This document shows positions 51,047-52,821 of a DNA stretch of 52,821 bases, in pieces. The DNA lies in assembly GCA_040877285.1 (NCBI GenBank), contig JBBDNZ010000207.1:1-52821 (forward strand), written 5' to 3'. The notes below the pieces were generated by a model. It worked only from the letters and a program-made list of their open reading frames with translations, searched no databases and was not told the origin of the DNA. Both the position numbers and the translations under genes were made by a program. The DNA is from Xanthobacteraceae bacterium. Lineage in GTDB: Bacteria > Pseudomonadota > Alphaproteobacteria > Rhizobiales > Xanthobacteraceae. Numbering within the stretch: position 1 is the stretch's first letter; each line of letters opens with the position of its first letter.

Positions 51047-52066
51047 CTAATACGTCGCTTTCAGGCGCAAATGGTCGAGCCGGTTCATGGACGGCACCTC
51101 GATGCGGCGTCTGCGGTCGTCCTGTAAGACATCGAGCGGCACGGTCGCGCCCGCGCTGCCGCGCGCCCAGACCTTGCGATAGAAGTCGGCGAGATTTTTC
51201 GGCGCGACGCCGGCGACGCCGACAATGAGATCGCCTTTGCGCACGCCGGCCTTTTCCGCCGGGCCGCCCGCGGTCACGCGGTTCACCCGCAATCCGGCCT
51301 CCGAATCCTGCGCACCCAGCCCGAGCCAGGGCCGCGCCGGCTTGGTGACGCGGCCGTGGGCGACCAGGTCGCCGAGAATGGGCGGCAGTCCGTCAATGGG
51401 AACAAACATGTTGCCGGTAACGTCGGCGCCTTCGCCCGCGGGATCGCCGATGATGAGCGAGCCGACGCCGACCAGTTTGCCGTCGCGGCTGATGAGGGCG
51501 GCGCCGCTCCAGGCCGGATGCGGCGGCTGAGTGAAGATCGCCTTGTCCAAGAGGTATTCCCAGCTGCCGGCGAATTCGCGCACGGCGGCGACATGCACGG
51601 GCAGGATCATCGCCGTCCCGCCCGTGCTGGCGACCAATAAAGGATCGCCTTTCTTGAGTTGCGCGGAGGCGCCGAGCGGCATCGGCCGCGCCGTGATCGG
51701 CACGATCGTGCGCAACAGGCCGAAGCCCGTCTCGTGGTCGTAGCCGACGATACTCGCCGGCACCGTGCGGCCGTCGCGCATCGTCACCTCGGCGCCATCC
51801 GCCTCCACGATCAGATAGCCGATGGTCAGGATCAGCCCCTTGTCGTCGATGACGATGCCGGAGCCGATGCGTTCGGTGCCGAGATTGCCGGCGGTGCGCG
51901 CGTCCGGATTGATAAGGGTGGTCTTTATCCCGACGACGGCGGAAACGAGCCCGTCCAGCGACGGCGCTTGCGCCTTTGCGGCAGATGTTGCGGCAGCCAG
52001 CGCGGCGGCGAGCAGCACAACCCGCAAGAAAAGCGGCAAGGCAATTCTCGGCGCGCGGGTTTTCAT
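51047..52066 (-). CDS. HtrA/S1C-like trypsin-fold protein with a C-terminal PDZ domain (catalytic triad apparently incomplete)
   Basis: Start trimmed to MKTRAPRIALPLF (signal peptide). GSGIVIDDKGLILTIGYLI, VGYDHETGFGLL and PAWSGAALISRDGKLVGVG align to the His, Asp and Ser regions of DegP-type proteases. The PDZ-like block is RVTAGGPAEKAGVRKGDLIVGV. Confidence 0.75.
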   Translation of the reverse strand: MKTRAPRIALPLFLRVVLLAAALAAATSAAKAQAPSLDGLVSAVVGIKTTLINPDARTAGNLGTERIGSGIVIDDKGLILTIGYLIVEADGAEVTMRDGRTVPASIVGYDHETGFGLLRTIVPITARPMPLGASAQLKKGDPLLVASTGGTAMILPVHVAAVREFAGSWEYLLDKAIFTQPPHPAWSGAALISRDGKLVGVGSLIIGDPAGEGADVTGNMFVPIDGLPPILGDLVAHGRVTKPARPWLGLGAQDSEAGLRVNRVTAGGPAEKAGVRKGDLIVGVAGVAPKNLADFYRKVWARGSAGATVPLDVLQDDRRRRIEVPSMNRLDHLRLKATY

Positions 52067-52169
52067 GAAAGTCGCTCCGGCTCGACCGCCCGGCAACATA
52101 GCGCGCCGGCCGCTTTTTATCTTTACCTCTTTGGGATGAGTGAAGCGGCGCAGTCTGCGATGCCGGCAC

Positions 52170-52508
52170 TCAGCCCCGGCCGGCCCACCACTGCCGCAGC
52201 CGTTGCCAATAAAAGCGCAGCGAGGCCGACAGCAGCGCCAGCAGAATCACGCCAACGACGATAGGAATCCAGATCAGCACCACGCCGGCGAGCAGGACGA
52301 AGACGACGGCCGCGACGAGGCCGAGCGTCAGCAGAGCCAGCACGATCGAGAACGGACCCGGGCGCCTGAGATAGACGCGGCGCACGCCGTCGCGTTCCTC
52401 GACGCGAATGAAGACGGCGGAGAGATCGTTCTGCGCGCCGCCGCCGCGGCCCGGCGGGATGATTTCCGGCTCCTGGCGCGGGCGCTCGGGATGATTGTTG
52501 TCAGACAT
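52170..52508 (-). CDS. hypothetical membrane protein (two TM helices)
   Basis: Start trimmed to MSDNNHPERPRQ. The hydrophobic stretch is FSIVLALLTLGLVAAVVFVLLAGVVLIWIPIVVGVILLALL. No family recognised. Confidence 0.5.
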   Translation of the reverse strand: MSDNNHPERPRQEPEIIPPGRGGGAQNDLSAVFIRVEERDGVRRVYLRRPGPFSIVLALLTLGLVAAVVFVLLAGVVLIWIPIVVGVILLALLSASLRFYWQRLRQWWAGRG

Positions 52509-52688
52509 GGCCGTTATGTGGGGTTCCGATGTGACGATGACAACGCCCGACGAAACGCGGCGGCGGCGCATGGTTCAAAGCGCGGCGCAGGACAATCCAA
52601 TGCGCGATACTCCCCGATTTCCCCGACGCTCCATCGGGACTATGCTTGCCGACCATCATCGCACCGCGCGAAGACCGGGTCGATCACG

Positions 52689-52821
52689 ATGAGACAGCTC
52701 GCCTTATCCAAAGTCTATCAATTGCTGGAGCCGGGACCGGTGGTCCTGCTGACGACTGCCCGCAAAGGCCGCGCCAATGTCATGACGATGTCATGGCATA
52801 TGATGGTCGACTTCACGCCGC
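52689..52821 (+). CDS. flavin reductase family protein (N-terminal part; runs off the right edge)
   Basis: MRQLALSKVYQLLEPGPVVLLTTARKGRANVMTMSWHMMVDFTP matches the N-terminus of FMN-binding split-barrel flavin reductases. Confidence 0.7.
   Translation, partial: MRQLALSKVYQLLEPGPVVLLTTARKGRANVMTMSWHMMVDFTP

Overview
GC-rich chromosomal window whose gene content looks alphaproteobacterial, probably Hyphomicrobiales-like (inference from gene families only). I support about 45 protein genes, one tRNA-Leu(CAA), one gene fragment, several intrinsic terminators and three kinds of intergenic palindromic repeat. Most of it is housekeeping or envelope function. This includes a cysJ-cysI-cysG sulfite reductase/siroheme operon, a translationally coupled NodT-MdtA-MdtB-MdtC efflux operon, a porin and three substrate-binding proteins without partner transporter genes. 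It also includes two chemoreceptor-type proteins, a DD-carboxypeptidase, an FATP-type acyl-CoA synthetase, gluQ, hisE and dsbB. I see no CRISPR array, transposase, integrase or phage genes. Many long ORFs in the supplied track are antisense or out-of-frame shadows of real genes, as expected at this GC content, and I rejected them. The strongest candidates for undescribed biology are: (1) an EutA-like ATPase with His/Asp-rich tails at both ends, paired with a bicupin and lacking eutBC; (2) two paralogous CelD/FemAB-like acyltransferases bracketing a Wzx-type flippase with no glycosyltransferase nearby; (3) an MHYT-PAS receptor whose output is a chemoreceptor signalling domain; (4) a roughly 120-nt triple-hairpin repeat inserted inside two operons; (5) a 1.1-kb lower-GC patch flanked by 56-bp direct repeats, carrying a small secreted-protein gene and a truncated CoA-ligase gene; and (6) an HtrA-like PDZ protein that seems to lack the catalytic His and Asp. 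All functional calls come from motif recognition by eye and none was checked against a database.
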